A DNA stretch of 64,000 nt from an uncultured Nitrososphaeraceae archaeon (GTDB lineage Archaea > Thermoproteota > Nitrososphaeria > Nitrososphaerales > Nitrososphaeraceae). Positions 23,260-35,710 of this stretch are shown here, one piece after another. Within the stretch, counting starts at the first letter, position 1; each line of letters begins with the position of its first letter. Below the pieces are notes generated by a model. The model made no database searches, was not told the DNA's origin, and saw only the letters and a program-made list of their open reading frames with translations. The stretch covers positions 192,001 to 256,000 of the forward strand of contig CAWGVG010000026.1 in the NCBI GenBank assembly GCA_963825865.1, read 5' to 3'. Made by a program: the position numbers and the translations under genes.

Positions 23260-24525
23260 TTGATTAACACAAAAAAAACGACACGAGTTTTGATGGTTAC
23301 CACCGAGTATCCTCCTATGCAAGGAGGTGTAGGACGATATTCAGCTAATTTGGCAAATTCACTCCAGAAACTTGGATTGAATGTTTTTGTTGTATGTAAT
23401 GAAAAGGGTAATGGGGATATTTATGGACTATCTCCTTCCAATACACACAATTCCGATGTCCTTTTAAAGGCAATAGCCGAATCAAAACCGGATATAGGAC
23501 ATGTACAGTATGAACACGGGCTATATGGTTTGGTTTTGGATCCTATAAATCCTAATAAGATTAGTACCAACATAGATTCTTTTTATGCTAGGTGTAATAT
23601 TCCAATTGTCACAACGTTTCACTCTGCGTATAATTTCAAGCAGTGGATGGAATTGGCTGCAACAACAGAAGGCAAACATGGAATTAACAAATATATGCAT
23701 CTCCCTATCAACTATTGGAAACGCCTTTTAAATTATCGGTCCTTCAGTCGGCTCAACAAAGAAAAGCTTGCAATGAGCCGGGCAGGCATAGTTTTTTCAC
23801 AATATCTATCAAACCTCATTGGTGGCAGCAGCAATTGTTGTGATGTAATTTATCATGGTGCTGAACCATCTTCTAAAATAACTTCTCCCCCTTCCAAGAG
23901 ACATGCAAGGGCTAGGTTTTCACTCCCAGAAGGACCACGAATTGCTTTGGCACTTGGTCATAAGACAGCTACAAAAGGTTGGGATATCTTCGAGAAAATG
24001 AATATACCCGATGGATGGGTTGTAGTGGCCAATGCCTCTAGAAATCACTACAATAAGGAGAACATTAGTTTACGATTTAACAACAAGCAGAGCCAAAGTT
24101 TAATCGATCTACAAGGGGATTTCATTACTGAGGAAGATCTATCGTATCTATTATATGCTGCAGACGCTGTGATCCTGCCATATAAGGTATGTTCCGGGTC
24201 AGGTGTAATGTTTGATGGTCTTGCCCATGGGCTGCCATTTGTTGCAACGCAGTTGGGCTTTTTCAAGGAATTTTCTACAAAAGGATTAGGCATAACTATC
24301 AAGAGAGATCCTGCTGAATTTGCCTACGCTCTCAAAGCTCTTGATAAAGACTATGAAGCATACTTACAAAGAGTCAATAGCTTTAAGGAAAAACTAAAGT
24401 GGGATCTAATTGCTGCTCAACATGCTTCACTATATAGACGGATTATAAATCCAGGAACACAATTAGTTATAAACACTTTTAATTCAAAAAAAAGCATAGA
24501 TAATCAATTAGATAAGGGACATTAA
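23260..24525 (+). CDS. glycosyltransferase family 4 (GT-B)
   Basis: MVTTEYPPMQGGVGRY, HVQYEHGLY, ADAVILPY..SGVMFDGLAHGLPFVAT. Confidence 0.85.
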   Translation: MINTKKTTRVLMVTTEYPPMQGGVGRYSANLANSLQKLGLNVFVVCNEKGNGDIYGLSPSNTHNSDVLLKAIAESKPDIGHVQYEHGLYGLVLDPINPNKISTNIDSFYARCNIPIVTTFHSAYNFKQWMELAATTEGKHGINKYMHLPINYWKRLLNYRSFSRLNKEKLAMSRAGIVFSQYLSNLIGGSSNCCDVIYHGAEPSSKITSPPSKRHARARFSLPEGPRIALALGHKTATKGWDIFEKMNIPDGWVVVANASRNHYNKENISLRFNNKQSQSLIDLQGDFITEEDLSYLLYAADAVILPYKVCSGSGVMFDGLAHGLPFVATQLGFFKEFSTKGLGITIKRDPAEFAYALKALDKDYEAYLQRVNSFKEKLKWDLIAAQHASLYRRIINPGTQLVINTFNSKKSIDNQLDKGH

Positions 24526-24693
24526 TTCAGAAATTATTTTTTAGATTATATCGATGATGATGATGGCGATGGATGACGATGCAGTTCTTAATTTGCTTGT
24601 TCATTACAAGCAACATGACCATGCAATTTTTTGAACTGCATAGCGGAATAGATTCAGTATTTATAGGCATAATTAGATAGACGTATAATCGAC

Positions 24694-25733
24694 ATGAAGA
24701 CAAAACTAGCCATAAATGGTTTTGGAAGGATAGGTAGGAGTTTTATCAGAGTTGCCTTAAAAGATAGAGAATTCATGCAATTAATTGACATAGTGGGCAT
24801 AAATGATACGGCAGATGCCAAGACTCTAGCACATCTTTTAAAATATGATTCAGTATTTGGAAGATTTGACGGTACGGTAGAAGTTAATGACAATGGTAAT
24901 ATTGACATTCTTCTGATAAACAACTTACCAATAAGTGTTATTTCTGAGAAAGACCCAGCCAGCTGCCTTGGAAGAGCAAGGGTATAGATATTGTCCTAGA
25001 ATCGTCAGGAAAATTTAATGATGCAAAAGAAGCACAAAAACACATTGAAGCAGGCACAAAGAAAGTCATTATTTCAGCACCAGCTAAACAACCAGATGCA
25101 ACAATATTAATGGGTATAAATGACAAATCGTATAATAGCGATAAACATAATGTCATTTCAATGGCATCTTGCACCACAAATTGCTTGGCTCCAGTAATCA
25201 AAGTTCTCAATGATACGTTTGGTATTGAGAGTGGGTATATGACCACCACTCATGCATATACAAATGATCAGCGTCTTTTGGACTTACCACACAAGGATTT
25301 AAGAAGGGCAAGAGCGGCAATGATGTCCATAATCCCAACAACTACTGGAGCAGCAAAGGCCATAGGTGGTATAATCCCGGAGTTAAATGGGAAGATAGAC
25401 GGTATGGCGTTACGAGTTCCTGTAAGCGATGGTTCGATAGCAGATATGGTCCTGAAATTGAAAAGGGACGTCACAAGAGAACAAGTGAACAACGTATTAA
25501 AGGAAGCATCTGAAACTAAATTGAAAGGAGTTATGGGGGATACAGAAGAGCCCATCGTGTCAGCAGATATTATCGGTGATCCACATTCCTCGATTGTTGA
25601 TGGTCTAAGCACTATGGTTTTAGGAAATAACAGCAATATCGTAAAAGTATTATCTTGGTATGACAACGAGTGGAGTTTTGCCTGCAGGCTAGTCGACCTA
25701 ATAAAGTTAATTGCCCATAAGATGCAGCCTTAG
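24694..25733 (+). CDS. gap: type I (bacterial-type) glyceraldehyde-3-phosphate dehydrogenase, frameshifted
   Basis: AINGFGRIGR, LLKYDS, ASCTTNCLAP, HAYTNDQ, PTTTGAAKA, RVP, WYDNE. Confidence 0.95.
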
Positions 25734-26030
25734 TGGCGCTATTGTTATATTTTTATCAATCTTTTATTCTACCGATAGAGATTCTCCATAGTGTTTAATG
25801 AATTTCATTTTTTTATACCTGTAAATGGCGAATAAAGTCTCTGGAATCCGTAACCAATCCTCAATATTCCTTTGCCTTATCCCGAGTAGTATTTTCTTCC
25901 TCATTATATCGCTCGTGGTAAAAGCCATGAGAATGTACACATACACTTTTACTTCGCTCTTTTAAAAATATACTGGCTATTTGTATTATACTTGAAGCAA
26001 GCGCGCATAAACGGGAACATATAACTACTA

Positions 26031-27195
26031 AGTGAAGTGTCTGAATTTATGTCGTTATTTGTTCATTACATAACCTAGATTTGGAAATAGTTAAAGCTTA
26101 GCAAAGGAGATATTTTCATTCTGTGAATCATCCTTTCAAACTCAAACTTACCATAGGACAGAGGAACAAATTAAAGTCATTTATGAAGAATACGGGTAAC
26201 AAAAAAGAATACCGCAGGCTACTGGCTATACTCCAAAAAGCTGAAGGTAGAACTTACGAAGACATAGCAAATGAACACGGAGTCAGGCAGCAGGTCTGTA
26301 CAGAGATGGGTTGCTGCCTATATCCAAAGTGGGATAGATAGAATAAAGATGAAGAAACCTGGCGGAACAAAATCTGGCATAACAGATGAAAACAGAGAGA
26401 TTATTCTATCAGCATTATTTAACGACCCGCACATCTTTGGTTATCTTAGAAATACATGGAGTCTGAGATCACTTGCAAACTGTCTGACAAATGAGCTAGG
26501 AATCCCAATCAGTTTCAAGCACATGCAGCGAATAACAAAAGATTTAGGAGTTAGGTGCAAAAGGCCAAAACTGGAATTGCTACATGGAGGAGAGGATTAT
26601 GAAGAGGGAAAAGAGAAAGTGCAAAACTACAAACAGATAGCTTCAGCTCTGAAAAAAAGGGAGTTGTAGTAGCATTTGAAGATGAGACTATTATAACACA
26701 GAAACCTTGTATTCGAAAATCCATGAGTTTTGAAGGTGAGCAACAAAGGATAGAACATACTGGTAGTAGAAAGAAGTTCTCTGCATACATATCCATGGTA
26801 TGGCCTGAAGAGAAATTAATGACGTATGATTTCTATGATAAAATGGATTCTACGAATACTATCGACCATCTAGAGAATCTCAAGACAAACATTATGAAAA
26901 ATGATTGGTGGAAAAGACTGGTACTCATATGGGATAACGCTTCATATCATGTAAGCCTAATGGTACGGAATTATATCAATGCACAGAGAAAGAAGACTGG
27001 GCTGACCATAATCCACCTTCCAAAGAAAGCACCATACCTAAATCCGAATGAAAGGAAAGTAAACCAGCAAATAAAGTCAGATGTATGTGCGAATAGATTC
27101 TATGAACATATGGAAGACCAGAAAGCTGCAGTATCAGAATATTTGGACAAACGATTTGGAAGATGGTATGACGACATTAGTTATGACACTTGACT
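26031..27195 (+). mobile_element. IS630-family insertion sequence with TIRs and TA duplication
   Basis: HTH/winged HTH plus DDE (FEDET, WDNASYH, PYLNPNE). TIRs AGTGAAGTGTCTGAATTTATGTCG vs AGTCAAGTGTCATAACTAATGTCG. TA at 26029-30 and 27196-97. A7GGG slippery site near 26652. Confidence 0.92.
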
Positions 27196-28384
27196 TAGGA
27201 GCAATATATTCTATTCTATTAGCGTAAATCGTATTGATTTGATCAAGACCAGGATCAATCCTCAAAGGGTTTTTAGCATTCATTATGTTATTATCATATA
27301 TTTTATTGGCAGAGGAATTGCTAACTAAAACAATACCCGATTTGCCATTTGAAACTGTATTGTTGTATATCTCATTATTGTGTGACCGAGAAACGTGAAT
27401 AGCCCTATTCTGATCATATATATAATTGTCCCTGGCAATAGAATTAGTCACATTTCTACTAAATGCTATTCCAGATCCTGTGTTATTGTAGACTACATTT
27501 TTTTCAAAAAGTATGTTATAGCAATCTTGCGAACAGATTATAGCTGTACCATTATTATTATATACAGTGTTATTTCTAATTACCATATCATGAGTTCCTG
27601 TATGTGGATCTATGCCATAATGACCCATATCATGAACTTTATTGTTTTCAATAACCATGCCTCCTACACCTACTGAATAAAAGCCAAAATATAGATGGTG
27701 TATATCATTATTTCTTATTACACTACCATGTCCTGCCAAATGATAATGAATTCCAGATGTTCCAGTACCCCATCCTCCTTCATACCCTAAATATGCAATC
27801 TCTGAGTTTGTAATATCTGTTGTACCTGTTGCTTCCTTTTCTACTCTAATATATGGCCTTGGAGCTCCTGGATGAGTTATTTTTCCAGAAGTTTCTCTTG
27901 AACCATAACTTTGACCATAATCATTTGTTTGTGGATTCCATGAAGTTACCTTTACCGAATCTATCTTCAGGCTACCAAATACTTCTATTGGATATGCAGT
28001 CGTTCCATCTGCTATTATTTTTAACCATGTAGTATCTTTGGAATCAACGATAAATGTGGCGTCATTAGCAATTGTGATCCCTGCATTTAGCAGCCAGACT
28101 CCGTCGGCTTGTTTGTCTAAAACACTATCATCGTTAAGCTGATTGTCTATATCACTTAGACTTGTTGATTTACATCCTATTGTAATTATTCTACCAGAAG
28201 AGTCATAGCTAATGCAGCTTTCATTAGAGGAAGTTGAATTAAGAGCATTAGACTCAGTGGTTATTGTCATCTCTTGTGCGACCGCAGGATCAATAAAAGC
28301 CAATAAAGTTAATGGAAGAAACGTAAATAAAACATATCTCAGAGGTGAAAAAAATGTTTTACTTTTCAAATGGACTGTTACCAT
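27134..28384 (-). CDS. secreted right-handed parallel beta-helix protein, AlgG/NosD-like
   Basis: Signal peptide, NSEIAYLGY, YGIDPHTG, repeated I.NN.(V/I)YNN. The 3' end runs into the IS630 element. Confidence 0.8.
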   Translation of the reverse strand: MVTVHLKSKTFFSPLRYVLFTFLPLTLLAFIDPAVAQEMTITTESNALNSTSSNESCISYDSSGRIITIGCKSTSLSDIDNQLNDDSVLDKQADGVWLLNAGITIANDATFIVDSKDTTWLKIIADGTTAYPIEVFGSLKIDSVKVTSWNPQTNDYGQSYGSRETSGKITHPGAPRPYIRVEKEATGTTDITNSEIAYLGYEGGWGTGTSGIHYHLAGHGSVIRNNDIHHLYFGFYSVGVGGMVIENNKVHDMGHYGIDPHTGTHDMVIRNNTVYNNNGTAIICSQDCYNILFEKNVVYNNTGSGIAFSRNVTNSIARDNYIYDQNRAIHVSRSHNNEIYNNTVSNGKSGIVLVSNSSANKIYDNNIMNAKNPLRIDPGLDQINTIYANRIEYIAPKSSVITNVVIPSSKSFVQIF

Positions 28385-28509
28385 AATTTATCACAGCAGA
28401 TAAATAAGATTTGCTCACTTGAAGAGAATCCTTTAGGTGTGCCCTGTAATTGAGTAAGCAATAAGGAGGCAGACTTTGTCAAATTATAACAATATGTCGG
28501 TATTACGTC

Positions 28510-28795
28510 AACAACAATCACAAAAGAGTAGGAAGAAGGTAAAAAAAAGGAATCAATTTTGTCTTAAACCATTTTCCCAAATATAATATCTTTCCAAGAG
28601 CAATATCTACGCAGGCTTTATCTAGAGCCACCAGTCACAATAGTCCATAAGAAAAACGAGATGTTGAGAGTTTATGAACAATCTGACTTTATTGATTGGA
28701 AAGTAATCTCTTTTCCGGCATTTAACAGAGAAATTTATTCATAATAATAGAATCAAGATTCATACACCTGATTTTATTTTCATCAACATGAACTC
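28510..28795 (+). pseudogene. remnant copy A of an archaeo-eukaryotic primase-like (PriX-annotated) gene
   Basis: KVKKGINFVLNHFP..FPRAIST..EMLRVYEQSDFID..PDFIFINM. Clear nucleotide similarity to 34870-35165. Confidence 0.55.
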
Positions 28796-28947
28796 CGCCA
28801 CTTAGTAGATAAATTCTGCTTTCTCAAGAAGAAAATTTTAGCATAGTCTCAAATGATAACTGTTGTGAGAAATCATATTCGACATGAGATATTAAGCTAG
28901 GTTGGTCTACTATAAATTAAAAACACCTCTTTTCAGTGCGACTTTGG

Positions 28948-29615
28948 TTACTCTGTTTTATCATCTTCAAACGCCTTCGGGAAATATTTTCTTATGACTT
29001 TGTCCATATCAATTTTCAGGAAAGTATAGATAATGATAATAGTAATCGAAACGCTAACAATTATTGATATTATAATATTGAATGGGTCAATGTTATTATT
29101 ATTATTGTATGCAAACCTATCAATAAAGGGTTTACCTAAATAAACTGCTCCCCATATAACTATTTCATTTATAATGAGTTTACTTGCAAACGTAGAGATA
29201 ACAAATTTCCATGGACTGTATCTTGCAAGTCCTAAAGAGACATACACGATATCGTCTGGTATTGGTGTTATTGCAGCAATAATTGCGCCTTCCAACCGTA
29301 CCTACTAGCTAATTTTTGAAGAGGAATTATTTTTTTCTTAATAGGGCTTCCTCTTTTAAGAAAGATATTGTGTCCATAATATATTGAATAAAAAATTATG
29401 GTCTTTGCTATAATTATTCCAATAGCACTACATACTGCAATAAAGTTTGGATTTAGTTTTTTATCAAATACTGATATAACAAGAATAGGATATACGGGAA
29501 TTGGGACGAATATCAAGATATTTGTAATAAAGCTTACAAGCAGTATTCCAAAATATACAAACTGATTATCTAGTAATTCAAATGGTACTATAGCGTCCTC
29601 AATATTAAATGCCAA
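28948..29615 (-). CDS. DedA/VTT (SNARE-associated) membrane protein, frameshifted
   Basis: IFVPIPVYPIL, AAITPIPDDIVYVSLGLARYSPWKF. Confidence 0.8.
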
Positions 29616-30124
29616 CGATAATCATGACTACAGAGACTCTTAAGTAGATTCCGAGGTATTGTAGCATTAGTGCTAGGATCAATTCCAGATGATCTTCCTC
29701 ATAGAGGTATTCTTGAATTCATTATTGTTAAATCACACACAAGTGGAAATATCCGCACCATAAAGACTAACTATTTCCACTAGATCGACCAAAACCAAAT
29801 TCGTGCTCAAAATTAGTTCAAAACTATCATAGCTAAATGGAGATGGAGGAAATAGTGGAAATATTTTACTAACTCTTGTTGCGAGGAATAAGGAGTACAT
29901 TGGAAGCATTAGTAATAACTGGAAATTAAAAAATTGGGATTAAGACATTTTTACCACAGTAGCATAAGAAGCATCTGGCAGCGACATAGCAACATTTCAG
30001 TGCATTCTTCCAATTTAAATAACCTTAATCCATACAGGACAAATTGAATGTGATTCGCAATTACCAAAAAAAATATTATTATATTTTGAAGTGATGTACT
30101 ATATTAAAAATAAAAAAGATAATC

Positions 30125-32306
30125 ATGAATCCACAAACAAAACCTGCAGAAGTAAGAGTAGATTTTTCATTTAAGAGAGAAGTATTCTTCATCGTTGCTG
30201 GAGCCCTGATGGGTGCCATAGTTATGGCAATTCCCTTTACCTTTCCTTTTACAGGACGTGGTTCAGGATATGCGCTCACGTGGATAGTATTTGGGCACAT
30301 TGTTGGTGTATATTCGCCCATCTCATCGGTTATTATTGCTGGAATATTAATTCACATAGTAACTGGTATCTCAATTGGTATAATATCTGGAGTATTTTTG
30401 TATAAGACAAACATCTTGAATATAAGTAAACCATCAAATGGTTTACGCTATGGATTATTAGTTGGTACTCTTGTTTATTTGATTTTTGCTATTCCAGTAG
30501 GGCAATTTCTTCTAAATCCAGAATTTGGACATACTTTGTCAAACGGTGGTAATGTTGGTAAAAATAACAATAATAATAATAACGTTAATGTCAATAACAA
30601 CATAGCAGGCTATAAAGAAGAAGAAAAAAGTTCAACAGGACAAAGCGGAGGAGGAGGAGTAGAAAGAGGAAAACAGGTAGAAAAGACCTAACAACATGAC
30701 AACAACGTTCTCAAATATTCAATTGAATTCTACAATCTATTCTATTTCGATTAACCTGCTATTTGGAATTACATTAGGCCTATTTTCTTCCTTTTTGTCA
30801 ATAAAGTTCGGCTCCAGATATAGATGTCCTGCTTGCGATATATCATTTTCAAGAATTGACATTCTTCAGAGTCATTTAGAGCATGTCCATGGTGACAAGC
30901 CAATAAATAGAAAAAGAATAGTTGTTTTAGGAGGAGGATTTGCAGGAGTCAGCTGTATTAAGAAAACTGCAAACGAAATTTCAAACTAATGTAGGTATTG
31001 AGATTACAATGGTAAGTAAGGATAATTACATGCTATTTACACCCATGCTTCATGAAGTAGCATCAGGAATGATAGAAACAAGGCATATTGTGACACCTAT
31101 CAGAGCATTTTGTAATAGGTCACGATTCTATTCTGCCATAGTAGAAGATATAGACCTAAAAAATAAGAAAGTTATGATTAGATCCTCCACATCCACAAGT
31201 AAAACTGATAGATTAATAGAGGATCATATTTCGGAATTGAACAGCACTAGGTCTTTGTATTACGATTATCTTGTAATAGCGTTAGGAAGTGAAACAAAGT
31301 TTTTTGGAATGTCTGATGCACAACAAAATGCATTTACTATAAAGAGCTTAGATGATGCGATAAATCTTAGAAATCATATTATATATTTACTTGAACAATC
31401 AGACCAATTGCCTGACAACGATACCGCCACTACCAGTAATAATACTTACAAAGATCTTCGAAAAAAATTGTTAACTTTCGTTGTAGTAGGAGGAGGTTTT
31501 GCAGGAGTAGAAACAGCAGGCGAAATAAATGATTTCGTTAAGGATTCTGCAAAAGATTATTACCATAATATAGATTCAAACAACATAAGAACTATACTAA
31601 TACAATCTGGTGACAGACTATTACCAGAAATGAGTGCAGAATTAGCCGCGTTTGCGTTAGAGAAACTACGTAATAGCGGAGTTGAAGTTATTCTCGATAC
31701 TCGCATAGTGGGGGCCACATCAAATAGTGTAAAGTTAGGTAATGGTACTATAATACCAACAAGGACAATAGTTTGGTCTGGCGGTGTATCTCCTAATTCT
31801 CTAATCGCTAATCTGCCATGCCAGCATGATAAGAGTGGAAGAATAGTTGTCGATAAATATTTGGAAGTATCTCAGTTTAGAAATGTTTATGCACTTGGAG
31901 ATTGTGCTTATATAATAAATCCTAATACAGGTAAAATATACCCTACTACAGCACAACATGCTATAAGAGAAGGTTCTGTTGTAGCAAAAAACATCGTTGC
32001 ACAATAGAGGATAGAAGATTAGATGACAGACAGGCATTTGATTATAAAACAAAAGGCATGATGGCTAGTATAGGAAAGCGAACTGGTATAGGCAATTTAT
32101 TAGGAATAGAAGTTCAAGGATTTTTAGCATGGTGGATATGGCGCAATTATTATCTGGCAAATCTCCCAACATTACAAAAGAAGATAAGAGTAATGTCAGA
32201 CTGGATGCTAGATATGTTCTTTAAACGCGATGTAACTATGTTCAAAACATTTGTTGAAGAAAAGAAAAGGGAATTAAAACCAAAATGTCTTCTGTGTAGA
32301 AAGTAG
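30125..32306 (+). CDS. ndh: membrane domain, C2H2 zinc finger and type II NADH dehydrogenase-like oxidoreductase fusion (frameshifted)
   Basis: N-terminal TM helices; CPACDISFSRIDILQSHLEHVH followed directly by IVVLGGGFAG; FTPMLHEVASG, VVVGGGFAGVETAGE, ALGDCA, AQHAIREG, AWWIWRNYYL. Confidence 0.85.
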
Positions 32307-32367
32307 ATTATATTTTCGATTTTTTAATAGTCTATAAATTTTATATAGAATATAGGAATAGATAGGT

Positions 32368-32398
<31 letters not shown>

Positions 32399-32626
32399 AA
32401 AAAGATAGATGCATAAGAGCTGTTACTATTACTTGGCAGCTACGGACGCACGATTCAAATTTCAATATTTCTCTTTTCGCAACTCATATAGGTATCTAAA
32501 AATATTAAAAATTAAGAAATCCTTTTTTGGTATCTATTACCACGTCTATAAGTATCAATTATCTTCTCGATACATCTATCACATCTACGCATAATGAGTT
32601 AGTATATCTCTATAACCATAAAAAAA

Positions 32627-33606
32627 TTAATGATAAAAACTATGAACGCATTTTAACGATATGATCTTTCGTGTTGCTAATTCTTCTGAATCGCTTAATC
32701 TTTTGTCAATTTCTCTTTTCAACCATTCTTGGTAATATATCAGCTTAGTTGTTACAAATGCCTCAGTTCTATTTACTCCTTCATAAGATTCGAGTCTTGT
32801 CAATATTGAATCAACTGTAGGTATGTTGGCGCAAAAGAAAACCGCAAAAATAATCTCATTTTGATTCACATTTGGAATAAGCAACAAGTATTCTTGCATT
32901 TCTAGATATATTCTTTCAAGAATATTTCGATAAAGAGACTTGGTAACATTAATTACTACTGCAAATTCAATGTAGCCTACTTAGCTGCCATAGAAGACAT
33001 ATCTCGGAGGATAGAGAATTGTAAGATATGATTTTCTCTCATTTTTTCCAATCGTCTTTTTACAGTCTTTGTGGATATTGAAGCTTCGCTAGCAATATCT
33101 GCAACTTGCATTCTAGGATTTGATAATAAGCATTTTATGATTTTAAAATCAGAGTTATTTATATTCACAGATATTGGCTTGTGGCTTACAAACATACTAC
33201 TTTCTACAACTGCTGGTTTTAACAAATTGACCATCAGTCCAATCTTGTCTTCTGCTCCAGCTTTAAGTAATAGTAGAAATATAAAAGCTCCTCCTAATTG
33301 TTTGGCATACACAACAACATCTCCTAAAAGGTTCAGCCCGTTGAGGATATCATCTTCTTTGGTTGCTTTTCTGTCGATATCTTTAATTGTTAAAAAACAT
33401 TCCTTTTTGTAACCGAATATTACAGGATTTACATTTACTACAAAATTTTGTATTATCTGATGAGAAATCATTTTATCAATTCTTTCCTTGATAGCATTAG
33501 GCGTTATTCCAACTTTAGAAGCTATATTTCTAAAAGGAACTCTACAATCTTTAGTAAGTGAACTTATGATCTTTAAATCGATTTTATCCAGCGTTGTCTG
33601 TTGCAA
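32627..33606 (-). CDS. Lrp/AsnC-family regulator with two HTH modules (frameshifted)
   Basis: LDKIDLKIISSLTKDCRVPFRNIASKVGIT and SDFKIIKCLLSNPRMQVADIASEASISTKTVKRRL. Confidence 0.85.
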
Positions 33607-34015
33607 TCACTCTAGGATAACGTAACGGACATCCATAAGAGTTTCTGTCTGACTTATGCAGTAAAGCTTGCTCCGGTAATCTCACAGATAATGCAGGCTA
33701 TGTGATTCATATTATAACAGTAATTTGCATTGGAATAGTAACCATATTATTTCTTTATAACACCAAGCACTTTGAATATGAGCAACCCTACAATGGATTA
33801 CATTGTGGACTGCTCATGGAGGCTTTGGTCTTCCTTATCTTTGTTATTACAATACAACAAGTCTATGCTTGGCCCTGAACTTGAACGTACCACAAGAATT
33901 GATTTGTCTCTTACCTCCCTAGGGCTATAAATCAGGTCATCCTTCTCATAACTAAACTAAACATTTGTCTTTCTTTTTTCTTCTTTGCACCCATTTATGC
34001 ATTATGTGGTTTTTT

Positions 34016-34544
34016 TTACCTTAATTGAAATACCTCATCGTTTCCTTGTGCTTCTGGATGAAGCTCTACCACCAAATGTCCTAGCTGTCTATACGCATCT
34101 TTATTTATATTCAGGGCATCCAAATGTCTTTGAGTTATGTATTGATCTATGTACTGATGGCTACAGTTTGGCGATATGGACGAATCAACTTCGCATGACA
34201 GCTTGGCAAATGATAAGATACCGTCACACATGTTGGCCTTTGTAGCAGCATCTGATCCTCCACATACAGTATTTCCTGCACTCAATTGATCTCTGATAAT
34301 TTTATGCTCAGGCGATTCAGGATTCTTTACTGCAGCTGCCAATATAGTCTTTGAATAAAACTCCAGCTTTGAATGCGTCTACAACTTGTTTAGCTGTAGT
34401 TGAGGCTGTTAACCGTTGTGAAGAAACCGGTGTTTGTTTTTGTTGTTGTTGTTGTTGCTGCGCCACAGAGTTAGGCATATACAAAGGTGATAATATCAAG
34501 GCAATAGCAAGGAATCCAACAAGAGAAAGAAAGATATCTTTCAT
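34016..34544 (-). CDS. secreted Cys-rich hypothetical protein (frameshifted)
   Basis: Signal peptide, polyQ stretch, then a Cys-containing domain in the adjacent frame. Confidence 0.5.
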
Positions 34545-34857
34545 TATGTTTTAGACCTCTCCTGCTTTAAATAACCTTTCCACTGCAGCCTTTACAATCT
34601 ACTAGTTGCTCATATTCAGTTAGAAATGGCAGAGGTATAACATAGTAGTTGCAGAATATGCTTGATGTAGTAGCGTGCATATGAGTCCTATTAGCAGTGA
34701 TGCTAGCATTAGTCATAGTGTTTTCATCAGTATTAGATAATTTCATAGTTTGCCCAAAATCATATGAGTCTCTGACATAGATAACTTTTGCTCACTTCAA
34801 GAAAGTCCTCAAGGTGTGTCCTGTAGGTGAGCAAGTAATAAAACACAGACTTATCAA

Positions 34858-35520
34858 ATGATAACAATGCCCTTATCACAGCGACAATCGCAAAAGAGGA
34901 AGAAGAAAGTAAAAGAAGGAATCGAATTTGTCTTAAATCATTTTCCAAAAGATAATACTTATCCAAGAGAAATATCTACACAGGACTTAGCCGGAGAGCC
35001 ACCCGTCATCATCCATAACAAAAAGGAGATGTTTAGAGTTTATGAACAATCTGACTTTATTGATTAATTGTAAAGTGAGCTCTTACCTTGGGCTTTCTTC
35101 AGAGAAATTTATTCATAATAATGGAATCAACATACAAACGCCTGACTTTATTATTATCAATATGTCTAGCAAGCAATCATCATCATCATCATCGTCGTCG
35201 TCACCACCAACTACCTTGAGTGCAACAATGAAAGCGAAATAGTAGACCAAAAAAGCGCGTTATTTCCAATTTTACAAAATATCAAGGAATTACTATATGG
35301 AGCAAAGCCAACCATATTATGGGATGGTAGTGGTTTTGAAATCTATCAGCCAGTACAAACAATTACCTTAGATGATATAGCGGAAGAATATATAAACTTA
35401 GAACATTTAGAAGAATTCAGAACGTTTGTTACTCAACAACAGCTTCTTTCTAGTTTATTCTTAGAATTTTCAAAACAGAGAGTATTACGCGAAGACAGCA
35501 ACAGATCCTATCCTTCAAGT
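34858..35520 (+). pseudogene. remnant copy B of an AEP primase-like (PriX-annotated) gene
   Basis: VKEGIEFVLNHFP..YPREIST..RVYEQSDFID, GINIQTPDFIIINM, KPTILWDGSGFEIYQPV. Confidence 0.6.
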
Positions 35521-35710
35521 ATATTTCATAAATTCTCTTATATGTTACCGATACAAGGTATCTTAAACTCAAAATACGTTGCAAGTATCTTACATTTCGA
35601 AAAAATATCAAGAAAGGAGAAGAGAAGAACACAAGAACGCAATATAGTATTATTGCCTACAGAAGATAACGACACAGAAATGCATACAACAAGGATCGGA
35701 AACTTGTATT

